Translations under genes and position numbers: made by a program | In this document: positions 63,691 through 64,000 of the stretch, piece after piece | How positions within the stretch are numbered: position 1 is the first letter of the stretch | Layout: each line of letters starts with the position of its first letter | The notes under the pieces: generated by a model | Told to the model about the DNA's origin: nothing | What the model saw: the letters and a program-made list of their open reading frames with translations, nothing else | The model's database searches: none | Assembly: GCF_001194135.2 (NCBI RefSeq) | Contig: NC_068992.1 | Span: forward strand, 33,647,135-33,711,134 | DNA: 64,000 bases | DNA from: Octopus bimaculoides | Taxonomy: Eukaryota | Direction of reading: 5' to 3'

Positions 63691-64000
63691 AAGAATACTG
63701 TAAATACTGTAACTTATAACTAGGGCAGCTAGAAGAACAAAATAAGGGTAGAAGAACATCGCAAAGCTGTGACACGAGGAGATATTGATAAATCGGGTAT
63801 AGCTGATCATGTATGGAAAAATGGAAAATCCTCCCCCTGTGGGATGAAGTTAAAATAATAGACAGGGAACAACACTGGAAAATACGAAAACTAAAAGAAG
63901 CAGCACATATGCTAGGACACAACAACCTCCTAAGCAGACCGAGTGCAGATATGAATAGCATATGGGAACCGGTATTGAGGAAGGACAGAAAAATAATAGA
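63690..64000 (+). mobile_element. PLE GIY-YIG C-terminus, same family as 7135-7460; runs off the window
   Basis: RVEEHRKAVTRGDIDKSGIADHVWKNG...WDEVKIIDREQHWKIRKLKEAAHMLGHNNLLSRPSADMNSIWEPVLRKDRK. Confidence 0.88.

Overview
AT-rich, repeat-saturated eukaryotic genomic DNA from a gapped draft scaffold (8 N-runs). The SINE, RTE and microsatellite content resembles Octopus; this is recognition from memory, not a database result. No host protein-coding gene could be identified, and almost all track ORFs are microsatellite or gap artefacts or transposon fragments. The window holds decayed DNA transposons (two Tc1, two mariner, one maT/DD37D, and MITEs including a Merlin-like one with perfect 37-bp TIRs and an 8-bp TSD). 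It also holds two Gypsy LTR relics, RTE, CR1-like and R4/Dong LINEs, many tRNA-derived SINEs, and several Penelope-like element (PLE) pieces. The most interesting signal is a set of minimal type-I hammerhead-ribozyme (HHR) motifs from at least four sequence families. These include a 160-bp palindrome with an HHR on each strand (54146-54305) and a PLE terminal repeat in which a tRNA-like Pol III promoter sits just upstream of the HHR (6850-7580, 44018-44370). A few phase-compatible small exons (17451-19445, +) hint at an unrecognised spliced gene, at low confidence.
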